From assembly GCA_964035545.1 (NCBI GenBank), contig OZ037765.1, forward strand, positions 26,907,504-26,971,503: DNA of 64,000 nucleotides, given 5' to 3'. Source of the DNA: Bugula neritina. Its lineage: Eukaryota > Animalia > Bryozoa. Below are positions 1-14,500 of the stretch, piece after piece (the first letter of the stretch is position 1; the number at the start of each line of letters is the position of its first letter). The position numbers were made by a program, and so were the translations under genes. The notes under the pieces were generated by a model. That model saw only the letters and a list, made by a program, of their open reading frames with translations. It ran no database searches and was not told the origin of the DNA.

Positions 1-3000
1 GTACAATCACGGTATGAAGGATACAGGACCATCTCCCAGAAATAACCACACAGCTACTCTACACAACAACTCCATGATCGTCATTGGTGGAATAAATAAC
101 TTAAATCCAGTTACAGACATGTGGTCATGGAGCTTCAGTTAGTATTTTCTATTTCCTTAAAAATATTTTATCCAAACTGTTTATATACTCAATTTTGCTT
201 GGCTTTTAGTTTTAGTCTTTTAAATTTGAAATAAATTATTTTGATTTGCATACCATTATTTTTGAGGTTTCGAGTTTTTATAAAATGAAAATCTAAATTC
301 AGAAACTTTGAAGCTGATTTGTCGTAATTCTTAAATTAGGCAAACTAAAGTCAGGACATGGCAGTGAAAGGTGAACAAAATAAAGTCAAGCTGGGAGTCT
401 CTTAATAGAAAATTTGCATTACTAACTTTGTTGCCTCCTGATTAAGTTATCTATGTTTTACATTTGCTAATATACATAAACTAGCTTATAATTATATACA
501 TCTATGATTCTATTTGTTGTAAAAACTTATTAAGATTGTAGCTGAAACACCAACCACCCTTTGGAAATTGTTGGAATTGTTTTTTCATCTGTAGGGATAT
601 ATATGGAAAACATCTATCAATCACAATGAAATAATTGAAATGTAGCATCAGTGTAACTGTTATACATTATAGTTTATTCTGGTATATACTTTAGCTAGTA
701 GTTTTGTTACAGGGACACAGTATTGGACAAAGATAAAACCTGCGTCTGCTAGCCCTCCAATTGTATATAATCACGCAGCTGTTAAAGTTTCAAATTCAAT
801 ATACGTATATGGCGGAGAGAACGAGACAGGGTTATTAAAGTCAATCTGGGAGTACAAAATTGGTATGGCTACAACTATATTACTGTAAAAATACATTGGT
901 AATATAATTTAGTACGTATATTCTAAACAAAGGTAGTTTTTGTGTAGAAGTTTTCAATAGTTTTACATGATAACTTTTTATGTTTTCTGAATTTTTATTA
1001 TTTAGTTTCATCATGCTATGCACAGCTATTTTAGAATTTAGATGAAGATTTTTTTTATTTTGAACTTATATACTGTACAAGTTAGACTTTAGAGGGAAGA
1101 CAACCCTAAACAAACAAGCTCAAAGCAGTTTATTCTGTCAGAACATGGCTACCCTGTAAATATATTAAGAACTGTACAACTAAATTAAAAAATATTTTCA
1201 TTAAATGGCTATTTTTGTCTAAAATTCTGATTGGTTAAACAAGCAGTTAGTGCACACGCAGCTTTTTGATCTATCACCAGATTCAGCCGTGTGGAAGTGT
1301 AAAGAGTTAGATGGATTAACAATACCTTCATCCTTGAAGCACCATATTGGATTGCTAGTATCACCCTCAGTGTACAGAGAGAGTTGTAATGAAACGAGAC
1401 GTATCCATTCCGTCCCAGCCATGAGAGAGATATCTACAGATAAGCTGAGTCGCCCTAGAACTTCACATTCAAACTATTCAGTTTTCAGCAGGTTAGAGGG
1501 CGTAAATAATACTAGATCTAGTATTCTAACATCTTTATATTCACAGTTCAGTGGTTTGCTTATGCTACAGATGCTATGTTGAGTATTACAAGTACAAAAT
1601 ATATTCAATTAATTCGTGTGGTGTGTTTCTGGATATTCTATTCACTAAACGTTATGAGTTGTGTTAATTTTGTAGCAACAAAGTCCACCCATGGAGTTCT
1701 GATTATTTGTTTTCTTCAACAAACAAGAAAAAGAATAGTTTAATTGTTTCAACCATATCAACTGAGTCAAATAACGAGAGTTCTTCTGTCCATTTCAATA
1801 ACAATAACTCTGCATTTACATTGGATGGCTACAGCAAAGAGACGTGTATGAAACAGAGTAAGAGCGACTACACTGTAGTCTCATATTTTCGTTCAGATAG
1901 TCAAGATAAGTTACTTAAAAGACAATCTAGCACTTTTTCAGACAGTTCATTCATATTTGACAACCCAGCCTATGTAAATAGTCATGAAATGCTAACTGGT
2001 CAGGTGGATGTTACTGCCGCAGCTATGCCTTACAGTTATAACAGAACTGGATATTATGGTAGACTAAGTAGGTCATTAGACAGCATCAGGGATGTCGTCC
2101 ATGATAGTAATCCTCTATACGGAGCTATTCCTGGCTCTGTGGTGTCTCAGAGTGAGGAGAGTGTTCGTGGAACATGCACAGTTCGTAATATTGTATTGGA
2201 TGAATGTAGTCAAGCCTGGGATGAGTCATGGCTAGAAGATGACACAATAACCACACAAGATGACTCACCTACCACACACTACCACCAAGCTTCGGTAAGT
2301 AGTGTGTACTTGTAACTTTGCATGTTGGTATTTTTAGTGTAACTAGTTAATAAAGTGCAGTTATAATTTAACAATTTAAAAACCAAACAGTTTGCAAGTT
2401 GTTCTGCTGGACCTCACTTTGGGCGCACAGAAAAGTCTACATGGCAAATGGTAAAGCTGGCAAATCACTTGTTCATTGGCTAAATTTATCACAGGTTGTT
2501 ATATTCTATCTTTAAGTTCATACTAGGCCTGTGCTTTAGGTCTAAGGTTTCTGGTGGCAGTTTTAACTATTCTTCGGAATAATAATTTACAACTTATTGC
2601 ATTTTTGTATGGAATATTTTAGTGAAGTATTTTGATTTAAGACTTGGCACTAAGATCTACTAGTATACTACAGTGTTGTCTATGGTAGAAAAATATATGA
2701 ATTGGATTTGTTACTTTCACCACTTGATGGCATTTTTATTATCTGACGTTTGTAATATCTTTATTAGCATGCATTTAGTATTGTAATCTCGCTATCCGAA
2801 CAGGACAAAGCGGAGATAGATGAAAAAAATTTAGTATTGTAATACCTTCTGCTTGTAGAATTTTCCGAAGCAATATCGATTGTATATCATTGGGGGCCAA
2901 AAGATTTCCACCAAGTCTTCTGTTACTGAAGATCACCTCGTGATGTGGAAAGCTGATATATATAGCAAATGTGAGGTTATAAATTGAACTAATTGGCTAA

Positions 3001-3234
3001 CAGCTTATTTGCCAAGTTAGGTGTTTAACACTGCAGTACAATTTAATGGTTTGATTTTGATCAAAATCCAATATTTTGATTAAGATGTATAAAGTAAAGT
3101 TTCAAGAACTTTGTAAAAAATATTAATTGAACATTTATTATGGAGGGTTCACAATTGTTCATTTAGAATTCAATCTGTTGGTGTTTTTAGCATCAAAGAA
3201 TGAGGAGACGCAAAAGGAGTGTACATTGTCCTGA
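1..3234 (+). CDS. Kelch-repeat (beta-propeller) protein, 3' part; C-terminal CaaX motif (CTLS)
   Basis: Spliced exons 1-137 (GPSPRNNHTATLHNNSMIVIGG..DMWSW), 713-862 (PPIVYNHAAVKVSNSIYVYGGE..SIWEY), 1281-1491, 1676-2294 (Ser-rich), 2859-2970 (YRLYIIGGQK..VMWK) and 3191-3234 (..KECTLS*). All boundaries are GT-AG with consistent phases. The H...GG...W pattern is typical of Kelch blades. Confidence 0.85.
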
Positions 3235-4069
3235 CAAAGTATTCCCTTTCAATTGGTGACTGCTTCAGTTTTATATTGTCAACCCAATGTTTAAATCTAG
3301 TCCCAGGCTGTGCTGTCTCAAGTAGATAACATATTCAACTCAGGAACATAAATCATTTCATGTATACATTACTTTCTACTTCATCTTACACAACGCAATG
3401 CTCAGATTCTTGTGATAATGTTTTATTTTTCTAACAGCTGTTTATAACTTTGTATACATTTAATATATTATACATTTTTTTATTAGGGAATAATAGCTGT
3501 GGTATATGATTATTTATTTTTACATAATTTTACATGAGCTATTTGTAAATTTGTTGTTTTTATTGTTTGATTGATCACAGTGTTTTTGAGTTAAAAACCC
3601 AACCCATTTTACTACCAGTATTCATGCATATGCATCTCTACAAAGCCACAGTATTTCTGTTTATCATTATGCATCATATAATCATGCTTCCTTTGTAAAG
3701 TTATACAAACATGTAGAAGAAAGTGGTGCATTAAACCATAGGTGTTCAAAGATATACAAGCTTTTTAAAAATACATTTTAGTCACTACTCAAATTTTAAG
3801 TTAAAATAGTGATATGTGAAATTGTTTTTCATGCACTAAATTCAAAGCCATCACTCATTATAGTTACCTATTGTAAAACTAAGATTTACTGAATGATATT
3901 GTCTGGTTGAGTTCACAAAATAAATTCTATATGCATATCATGAATTATTATTGCCATCTGTAAATAACATGAACAATAACAATGAAATGAAGTTAGAGAC
4001 AGTATTACCCCAAAGAAGACAAGTTGTAGGGGGAAGGCAATGGCTACAACTTCAAATTATAAATGTCAA

Positions 4070-4232
4070 TTTGCATTGCCCGATGATTAGTGGCGCGTAA
4101 AGTATGACCAGGCCAATAGCATCGCTCCGTCTGAACATTAGCCTCCGCGCAATAAAGACGTACGTAGTTTTGCGTTTTCACTTGTATTCTTCAAGAGACG
4201 GCGCAGTGTATGACTTCTTTGCATTTACAGAT
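4070..4232 (+). promoter_or_regulatory. NIPBL promoter and non-coding exon 1
   Basis: Local CpG-rich patch (GGCGCG, CCAAT, GACGGCGC) in an AT-rich background, ending at a donor AT|GTAAGC (4232/4233) upstream of the NIPBL start exon. Confidence 0.6.
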
Positions 4233-4514
4233 GTAAGCTACATCCGTATGCATTGTATTTACTATAATTTTGACAGTCGTTACACCAAATTTCAGATTGA
4301 GAATGGAATTTGCCTTGAGATAAGAAAAATACTCAATAGATTTTCATCTTCTAACTTTAAAGCGTTTCAATTTAACATGTTATATTTTAAATTAAATATT
4401 GGGTCGCAAGAAGCATTCAACTGAGCTTAAACTAACATTAAATTTAAAATCTCATTTTCTGTGATTTTTCATGTCGATTTTCATTTTGATTTACTCATTT
4501 AGTCATTTACAATT

Positions 4515-5080
4515 AGTATAAGTATTATTGAATTAGTATTACTCTATTAGTAATCATTACAAGTATTACTATAAGTATAACTATAATCTGAAAATCCAAC
4601 AGTTGCACTATAAGTATAAGTATGACTGTATGAGTAAAACTATAATTATAACATTAAGTTTAACAATAACTTTAATTTATTTATATTAGATTAGTTTAAT
4701 TTGTAAAACTAAACAGTAATACCAAAAGTAAAAGTAAATACTATTGCATTTACTAATACTAATACTATAGTAATACTAATAGTAATAATAAATTATTACT
4801 CATCACTGATCACTGTTGCAGATCATTACTAATACTGTAATAGTAATACTAATAGTAATACCAATGGGCATGGCAATAGTATTACTATTACTAATGTCTA
4901 ATAATAATACTATATACTAATACTATTACTGATTGATAGTAATACTTATACTAAGTCTAATAGTAATACTAATAGTAATACTATTTGTATTACACTAATA
5001 CTAATAGTAATACCAACTCTAAGAGCAAGTACTCATACTCATACTATTACTATTAGTATTAGTAATCATAATCATAATGA
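4515..5080. repeat. Hexamer-periodic low-complexity tract (ACTAAT/AGTAAT)n in NIPBL intron 1
   Basis: Runs such as agtaatactaatagtaat are visible throughout. Confidence 0.85.
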
Positions 5081-5578
5081 TCTGTAACAATTTAAGGACA
5101 TGGGTTTTAGTACTAGTTGTATAACATGTCTTATCATCTTTTATCTCAAGCTGATTTTCAGTCAAACATTGCTGTTCATTTTCACTTGAAGTTGAGGGTA
5201 AAATATGAGTAATTTCAATTTATCAATGTGTTGATTATATACTAAATTTTGTAAATATAATTCTAAACAAGGTTATAACAATTGTACTTGTAGGTAATTC
5301 ATAGGATTAATTGATAGAATCAAATAATTCCTCCTAAGATGAGCACTTCATCAGCATTATTTTCAAGATTTAAGATTAAATTTATAAATTTTAGTTGAAA
5401 TTTATTAAATGATGCAAGCATGTTGAAGGTTTTAAAATTCATTTTTATGACCATAGTATCTAGTTGAAGTTGAGATATGTGGTTTGCTTTATTACTGTAA
5501 TTATATGCCCAGTATATTTCAAGTCATTTTTTTGCAGATGCTGATTGTCTTAATCAAGTGTTCGCTCTAGACCTCAAA

Positions 5579-8500
5579 ATGAATGGGGAAGTGCAGCCAC
5601 CAGTCACTGTACCCATTGTGACTTTGGCTGGCCTTTCTAATTTAACTAATTGTAAGTAGAAATAACATAAAAAATAGCATTTTTCAATGCTAATCATTTT
5701 TGACTCATTAATTTTTATTAGGTTGTTTATTTGAAGCTGTTTAAAGTTATATACAAAAATAGTTTTTGAAGCAATTTAGCTTTGTTAATTTCAGATCTCA
5801 AGTTAAGAATGTGTTAGTGTGATGCTATAAATGCAAATGTTTGCAGAAAGCAACTTTGTTAGTGTTGGTATATTTTTTCCTTTTAATTGGTAGTTTATGA
5901 TATATCACTGTAACAGCTGAGTTGAGCTGAATTCAAATTTTCAGTACTTCGAAACATTGATATCAAAATTTGATGCAGTTCACTAAAAGTTAAATTGTAC
6001 AACTATGCCAGGCAAAAAGAATTGTAGAACAAAAGCTTGCAGTGGATTAGTAATTAATATAGAGGTTGTGAGGCTGCATAGGTATGTATTTTTGAGGCAA
6101 TATGATCGAGCTCGCAATTTATAGCTCACAGTTAAAATGTTGTAAGATTATTATTTAGGTATTATTTAATTTTATATTTTCAAATGTAATAAATTTTCTA
6201 TAGTGTAGAAACTTTCAAAAGTCTATGAAAGGTTACAATTATTTTATTTATAATCTCAAAAATATTTTTTGCTTTTATAGAAAAGCAAAATATTAGGAAA
6301 TTTGGTGTGTACTAATTTAAATGAAGTACTGAATTTATGGATGTACTTGATCATTAATTTGCAATTCAGAAACTCTTTCTTTTAAGCTACAAGCTAAATA
6401 GCTTACCAAATCCTTTTTAAATTACACTAATGAATCACTACTTTATATATGAATTGGTCTCCATGTTAATAATTGCTTTTACTTTTTGTTAGTACTAACT
6501 GAGCTACCACTACCTACTCCAATAGAGCCCACAGGTAAAAAGAAGAGTTTATTATTTAATCCTCGGGTAGCAGATGAAGCCAGAAGAGTGCTAGCTACTG
6601 CAGATCCAAACATTGTGTCTCAGATGGCCCATGTCCTTCAACAAACTTCTGTTGAACATATGTAAGCTGTGTGTTTGCTTGTTCTTTAATGTTCAATTGC
6701 TGCATGTAAGCATCTAAACAGCGCATCAAATATCATAAAATATCTAAAATTATAAATGATTTATAGAATATATTAGTATGTGGCATCATGCAGTTGTTAC
6801 AGTATACTTTGTTGACTGCCAGGTAATATAGTAATAGTTATTCAATGTTTTTTTTTCAAGTTTTTTCTTGTCATTAGCTTTAATGCTGTGCAAGTTGTAG
6901 CGGTCCCCTTATAAACATGTGATAGAATATTATACTTGTGAAATTTGAAATGCTAAAATACTGAACTAACTCCTTGATGTGTTATAGTCAATTCAAAGAT
7001 GGAACTCATAATGAGGCTATCCCTTCTGATGTGCCTGAGTTGGTGAGAGTTCTGCTAACTCAGTTCCCTGATGCTTTAGCTACTGGAAGAAGACAGCGTA
7101 AGTAATATGTATCAACAATTTAGCTTACTGCTTTTTATAAAATGTTATGTCTATTTATTTTATGAATATTTAATGCTCTGGCATTTGTCAAACTGTCAAC
7201 AAGCATAGTTTTTGTTATTTAGGTTTTGAACAGTCCAACTATGATCAAAGACACTCCTCTCATTCTACTGTTCAGTGAGTATATAATACATTGTATATAA
7301 TTATTATGAGCAAAGGCAGCTTTTAAATGTAAAAATTTTAAATGACGTAGTTTTTCTGGGTGACTGTGTTATCTTTGTTCCCAACTTCTTGCCTTTTTCT
7401 GGTCTACTTTATACTTTTAAAGTTCCAAAATCTCCTATTTATGGCTATACACTTGGTATTGATCTTCCAGGGTGCAGTCTGAGAACCTGTACAGAGCAGC
7501 TGACGAGTCTATGTCTGCGTACCCTCAAGGTGCTGCCCCTCAAGGTGCTGCCGCCAATGCTCAAGGGGATTACAATCGGTTACAGCAGCAGCAAAGCAGT
7601 GGATCATACAGTCAACCCAGCACTTCCCAGAATACCTCATACAATAGTAATGCAAACTATTATAACAATCAACATCCGTCTTCTGGTATGAATGGATCCA
7701 CACAAGGGACCTCTACTCCTCAAGCATCTGTCAGAGGTATGCTACTCAGTTTAATATGCAATAATGTATGTGAGGATAAGATTTTCAAAACTATTTAAGT
7801 TTGAGGAAATGTAAAAGCATAACCTGTTGAATGTTATAATTTGTTTCTAACAGTATCTTGTGTGTGGTGTGTGGTCTGCATGTTGGTGAAGGATTTTAGA
7901 TGTGGCCTGTTTAGCCAATTGGAGTGAATAAAAAATTTTTGGAGTTGAAATTTACACCCAAGAACTTCTCTGGCATAATTCAGGCTAAAATTGAAACAAA
8001 AAGGCCAAGTTTTTATAATAATTAAAGAAATAATGCTAAGCTGGGAAGTTTAAAAAAACCTGTGTGTTGGTGTTGTTAGTGTTTGGAACTGGTGCTGTCT
8101 TCCCACTTGCCTAGGTCCTTCTCCAATGTAGAATTTATTTCTTTGTAAAATTTGCTCAATTATATTAAATATCATAATTGTTATCATTGAAAGGTGTTTG
8201 TTGATAGCAGGTTTAGTTTTCTGTTCTTTTTACCACAGGACAGTGTTGGGCAGACACATTTACCTGAGAAATATAGCATGTCAATGGGCCACCATAACAA
8301 GCCAGATAAACTCTTGCTAAGCTGTTGCATGTGTTGGGCTCTAGATAATAGTTATTTATTTGTTTGTCAATCCTTTTCTATTGTATTATAGAACCTGCAG
8401 CTACCTCCCACAATAAAAGGTTAGAGTCTCAATCCCCTGTACCAAATGCTCCACAGTAAGTGTGTTTACTTTTTGATAGAGTTACACTAATTCAATTCAT

Positions 8501-11500
8501 TTTGTTAGAACTTCTATTTGTACTTCCACTTTCTCCTGCTGTTTGCACTTTCATATACTGGAGGACATTGGGCCATTTAAATTATGCCTTGTTTTACTTC
8601 TAGCTGGAATATGAAGTATTTATCACTTAGTCTAATAGCATGCTTTGTAATCTAAGTAATGTGTTGTCATACTAATGTAGTGGTGTATGATAGTAATCAT
8701 GACATCTTCCTTATTATTGTAATTGTAATATTGTAGTTCTCAGCAATGGAAGGCTCATGCAACCTCAGCTCACTCTATTCCCACTCACACTGCCATATCT
8801 TCACAATCTAAGCACATGCAGCAATCTGGCCAGTCTGGTTCCAATGCTAGATCTGCCGTTGTTCAATTACAACATCTCTCTCCCACAGTAGGTTCTTAAT
8901 TACTGTCTTTGTGGTGGAAGTGTAATATTGTCGTAGGTGTGTAGATAAATTAATATGTGGGTGTACTTGGTTATGTTAATAGTGTGTAAGCACCTTCAAC
9001 ATTCTCTTAATACTGTCTACTTGGTAATTTCATGATAATAATGGTGATGGGTTCTGCTTTTAGTAACTTGTAAGGAAATGTTAGGATTTAAGATTTTTTG
9101 TAATGTTATCAGGATTTAGAGAAATACAAGAAAGTATCCACTACTCCAAGTGGAAGACCTTTATCTAACCAATCATATAAATTACCTTCTAAAGCAGAGG
9201 TAAGAACTAATAGTATAATATTATTGTATTATTGTATTACTGAATCCACTATTCAGTTTAATAACAATAGTAAACTTAGCAGGTGTTATTGATTACGTAA
9301 CGGGCTATTTCGTACCTAATAGTATGGCTACTTAGTAACCCTCTATTATGTTGATTAATTTGAGCTATTAAGGTATTTTTGGCCTGAGGCTTTGGACAGG
9401 TTGAAATTTGAATAAATTACTCTAAGTTGATAATTAGACCTAATCTTGTTGCCCTTTTAATGAGTTATTTTTGTAGAAGTTAGTCGAGAGCTTTTCACCT
9501 TTCCCGGTCTCCCCTTTCATTCTATTTTAAACAGAGAAGTTTGATTGGTTTTTCAAAGTTACTGCCTTTATAGTCCCAACTAAGTATTGAAATTTTTAAA
9601 ACTCAAAGTTGTGGAGTCAAAATAGAGCAGGTTTAGCAAATCTTGTTTCTGAGTTTTCACATGTAATTAACAGTCTATCTAACACCCAAATTTCTGACTT
9701 GCTTACTTGAACTTAACCTGAAGTTGTGCTATATTTTTAAAAAGAAAAATAAAGCTTACAGTTGTTTGCTTGAAGGTTGAAGACATATAGTACAGGTTTT
9801 GATATTCTAGTTTTCTCACAAATACAACATTCACTGCATGCTCAATTCATATCAATAAATAATGGGAAATGAAACAAATCTTTTTTGCATTTTAGACGCC
9901 TAAAGAAAGCCAGCCCACTATAAAATGTAAGTGCACATACCACATTGCATCTGTAGCTTCACTAAATGTTGCATGTTGCTAATTTACTTTTAATTTTCAA
10001 GCCTTGTTCATCTTGTTATATGGAACAGTTCATATCACAAGTTCTTATCATGCTACTTTTTAATTTTTGTTTGTTTATAGTTGACTTGATAAAATAGACA
10101 CAAATTTCTTTGGAGTTTTCTTCACTATCTCTGTGTTCCTTTGTTGCTTTTGTTTGAATTCTACTATCACCATTTCTACCTTTTCCTAGTGACCAAATTG
10201 GAGTTAGGTTCACAATATCAGGTTGCTTCAGCCTCCGAAGGTCTAAAGATAAAGATAAAAAAAGCAGATGGTATTGTCTCCTTACTTCTTTATTTTATAT
10301 AGAGCAGTTGATGATGTTTTGCAGCTCATTCTTGTTAAATGTTTGTATCAATATCATAGCTATATAATCAAGTGAAATAACACAGTTTCAAGTTGCTTAG
10401 TGATGAGTTATCACAATTTGCTTGAATAAAATTTTGTTAAAGACGTATCCAGTAATTATCTTTTATCACAATCCTACATAAATATGTCATACTATTAATT
10501 TAGTAACACTGCCATTGTAATTTGTAGGCTCACTAAAAAAAGATAAAAGACACAGAAGCAGTGGTGATGAGCGTAAGTAGACTATTTGCATGGTAGCCGT
10601 CTTACTAATATTTTCTTCTCCTCATGTAATATAACTGATAATAGTTTGTATTGTGACAGAGGAGGAGTATCATAAAAAGAAAAAGAAAAAACATAAGCAT
10701 AAGGAGCACAAGTCGTTGCGTAAAGATCCAAAGTTCATGAGACAAGATTCGGAGACATCTAGCAATGTTCTTCTGCATACAGTAATAGATGGCATATTAG
10801 ATAGGTTAGTAGGCCTTAATATAGTTACTATTTAATTCAGTAGGTGTAGATGAAAGTTATTTGTTTGTCAGAAATTCTTAATAAATTACTTCGCTGTAGT
10901 AGATTGGGTAAGTTATGTTGTAGGTTGATAGAAAGTAGGGCAAAATTTTTCCACATTATATATGGCGGGCTTTGCCGTGAGTAAGTTCTGCATGATGAAA
11001 AAGTGCTTTCTACATTTAGCCTAAGTTTATAATTATTTATTTGTAGTTTAGGTTTCTAGATACAGCTGTTAAAATTCTATGACTAATGATTTCTTATGCT
11101 AAAGTTTAATTAATAAAGCAGTTTTTGTGCTCCTGTTTTGATTTTAATTGGTATGGATGGGTTTTGAGTGGCTTTGAAGTGGCCATCACTCCACTACAGA
11201 CATAATGGTTTTATCTTGACTCCTCATAAAATCTGTTTTCTTGTCTAAAATAGAAACTGTTTTACTAAGCAGGTATTTAGTTGAGGTTTTATTTTTGCTT
11301 TCAGCTAAGCTAATATTTATTACTACATTGAGCAACTCCATTTTGTTGTTTGCAGCTGTAACCTGGAAGATTTGCCCACCACTACTTCATTGTCAGTGAA
11401 TGATATGGAGTTTTCAGTATCAAACGAGTTACTAATATCTCGGCCTTTACTCACGGATCTCATAAACGAAACAGCTAAGTTGAAGGGATCTTTGGTCACC

Positions 11501-14500
11501 AAAGACTTGCCATCAGATAAATTGAACAAACTAATGAATGTTCTGCACTGGAATGTTAGAGATGGCTCCAGGCTAATTCCTATGATGGATCAGGTGAACT
11601 TTCTGCTGTTCTATGTGTATCGGTGCAGCAATGTGATATATATACAAATCCTAAAATTCTAAGCTAGAAATTGAAATTAATAGAAATTAGATTAATATAT
11701 ATTATTTCTAAAATGTTGAATTAGAAAGTTAAGTGTTTTAGAAGATGTACAGTAAAGTTGTCACAATCAGCAGCTGCAGAACAAGTTTATTTAAAACATT
11801 ACTATCTTAATAAAGTTTCTGCATGTACCTGTAGTGTACCTACACTACTCTAGTTAGTAGTGCACCTACACCACTCTAGTTAGTAGTGTACCTACACCAC
11901 TCTAGTTAGTAGTGTACCTACACCACTCTAGTTAGTAGTGTACCTACACCACTCTAGTTAGTAGTGCAAATCACATGTTTGTATCTTTTCATACAGTCGG
12001 ACACCGCTGACTCGGAGATGCTTAGAAATCTGATGATGCAAAGAGTAAAAAGATCTTTAGATGCTGCTTTGGCAGCTCTTCACATCATGACGTCTGAAGA
12101 AATGCCTAAAGTAAGTGCATTGTCTCAGACTCCTCCAGGATTATGTGTCTCACACACCTGTAAATACCAGCACAGATGTGTCCTGTGGAAACTCTAATGG
12201 CTGGCATAACATATGCATCCTGTGTATAGAAGCAACCTGTAATTTTCATTACTTATTTAAGGTTGTGTATCTGGAAGATCTCATTGAGCTGATAGCGGAG
12301 ATGGTGAAGTTCCAGCTGAGTAATAGCATATATCCAGAGTACGACCCCGTGTACGACACCAAGAAAGACAAGGACTATTCTTCAAATAAGCAGAAAAGAA
12401 ACCGAGCTGGTGGCAGCAAGCACAAGTCAACTATGCTCATGTACAACAAGCTGTGTGAGATAATACAGACTCTCACTGAGCTTATAGTTACCGAACCTCT
12501 CACAGATACTATAATATTGAAAGTAAGGCATCGTAGATGTGCAGTTCCTTGTAATGTAGTTGATCATTTCATTGGTCAATTTTTAGCAGGCATAATTTTG
12601 TTGTCCGAACTTTATTCAACCCTTTATAGTTTGTTCTACTACGTTCCTGCATATAATATAATATGTTTACATACTGTATGGCTATGCCAATTCAAATTTA
12701 CCAAACTGGCAATTTTTTCAGTCACTACTGTCTTTTGGTAGTAGCTATCAATCTAAATTGCTGTAGTAAAACTTCTGGCCATTGCAATGTTTAGTGATTA
12801 TTTCACAGGTTTCCTCTCTAGCAGTGCAGCCATTCTTCGTGGAGAATATCAGTGAGCTGCAGTTGGCGGCCATACAACTCGTCACTGAAGTGTTCTCTCG
12901 TTATGAGAAACACCGACAGCTGATTCTGGATGACATGTTCTTGTCACTTGCTAGACTGCCTACCACAAAGCGCAATCTCAGAACCTACAGGTTCGCTGGG
13001 CACATTTATTGCTATTGTATATTCTGTTGGTTTATTGAAGCTGAGGAGTTCTGCTAATTTATTTTATAGTATGAAGAGATGTGAGCTGGAAATGTTAAGT
13101 TTTGTTGCCTCTAGATATGTTATGAGCTTCAGCAAAGCTTGGCTCATACTAAGCAGAGAATTTTTAACTTCTGCAGATTGAACCAAGATGAGAATGTACA
13201 GATGGTAACAGCCCTGGTTCTCCAGCTCATACAGTGCATCATTAGGATGGGTGAGGCTGGAGATACAGAAGAAGACAAATCTCAATATTATGTAGTCATC
13301 GCTTCTTCCTATGAACAAGCGATGAAGACTGCCCATCACTTTCTGTCAGTCTTTCTCAAAAAGTAAGCAATATTTTAAATAATCTGCACGTACCCCCCAA
13401 ATCTCTTTGTTTATTTATTTTTACTTGGTTGTGTATATATTCATAATGTTTTGATAATTTAACAAATGTGCATTAGGCTCTCTAACAGTTTATTACTGAT
13501 ATATAATATTCATAAGTTGTCTGCTGTTTGTACTGTAACATGACATTCTGTAATATGCGATCTCCTATTGGCAGGTGTGCTTTGAGAGGGGAAGAAGACT
13601 ACCGGCCCCTATTTGATAACTTTGTGAATGACCTGCTGGTGACGGCCAATAAACCTGAGTGGCCGGCAGCTGAACTCATGCTGTCGTTGTTGGGCAGACT
13701 GCTAGTTCAACAGTTCAGCAACAAATCAGTAAGGCGCAACTTCCTTCATTTTTTTTTATCTTTTCTTATACAATATTTAGCTTTCTTGTATTATATATCT
13801 TTTGGTTTGATCTCCACCCACTATAATGGCGATGAAAGTTTTCTATGTGTAGGAAGGAGCAACTTTTAACTGTAATTTGATAACTAAAAGCTGTTATTTG
13901 TGTGCAGGTAGAGATGTCACTACGTCTGGCCTCACTGGAATATCTCGGTACAGTGGCTGCCACACTGAGACGGGATGCAGTGTGTACACAACAAGCTGAA
14001 ATTAATGATATTCTTGAATCTGTGAGTTGGCATCTAGATCAGACACAATTTGATCTTCAGTATTGTTTATCTTGTGCTACAACTGTTGGCAATTTGTGCT
14101 GTGAGTGTAATTGCCACAGTTATCTAACCAGCTGACTGAACATGATGTCTTTATGCTTTACTCTTCCACATGATATGCGTATGAAGTTGGGCAGCTGTAA
14201 TACTAAGTTATGGTGTTTAGATGATGGGCAACTCAGAGTCATCAGATGGAGAGCAGGCTGCTGCCGCCAGCAATCTGGGAGAGGCTGATGCTGTGCAGAA
14301 GTTTCAGTTGGCTTTGCTGGACTACTTGTTGGTGAATGGGCAGAAGGACCCATCTCTGCTGGTGAGTGTCTCTACCCAATGCTGTAGTGAATGCAGAAAT
14401 AGTTTCTTATTTGGAGCAAAGTTTTTCACATGGCGCTACTTTCTTGCTTAGAAAGAGACAAATTCCCAAACAGTTACTGCTTGCAAATTGTTTAATTATT

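Noticed and set aside
4104-4424. 106-aa ORF upstream of NIPBL
   Set aside because: It overlaps the promoter, exon 1 and intron, has no recognisable motif, and has AT-driven composition.
11831-11966. CRISPR-like palindromic repeats
   Set aside because: The units are contiguous with no spacers, lie in a eukaryotic intron, and have no cas genes nearby.
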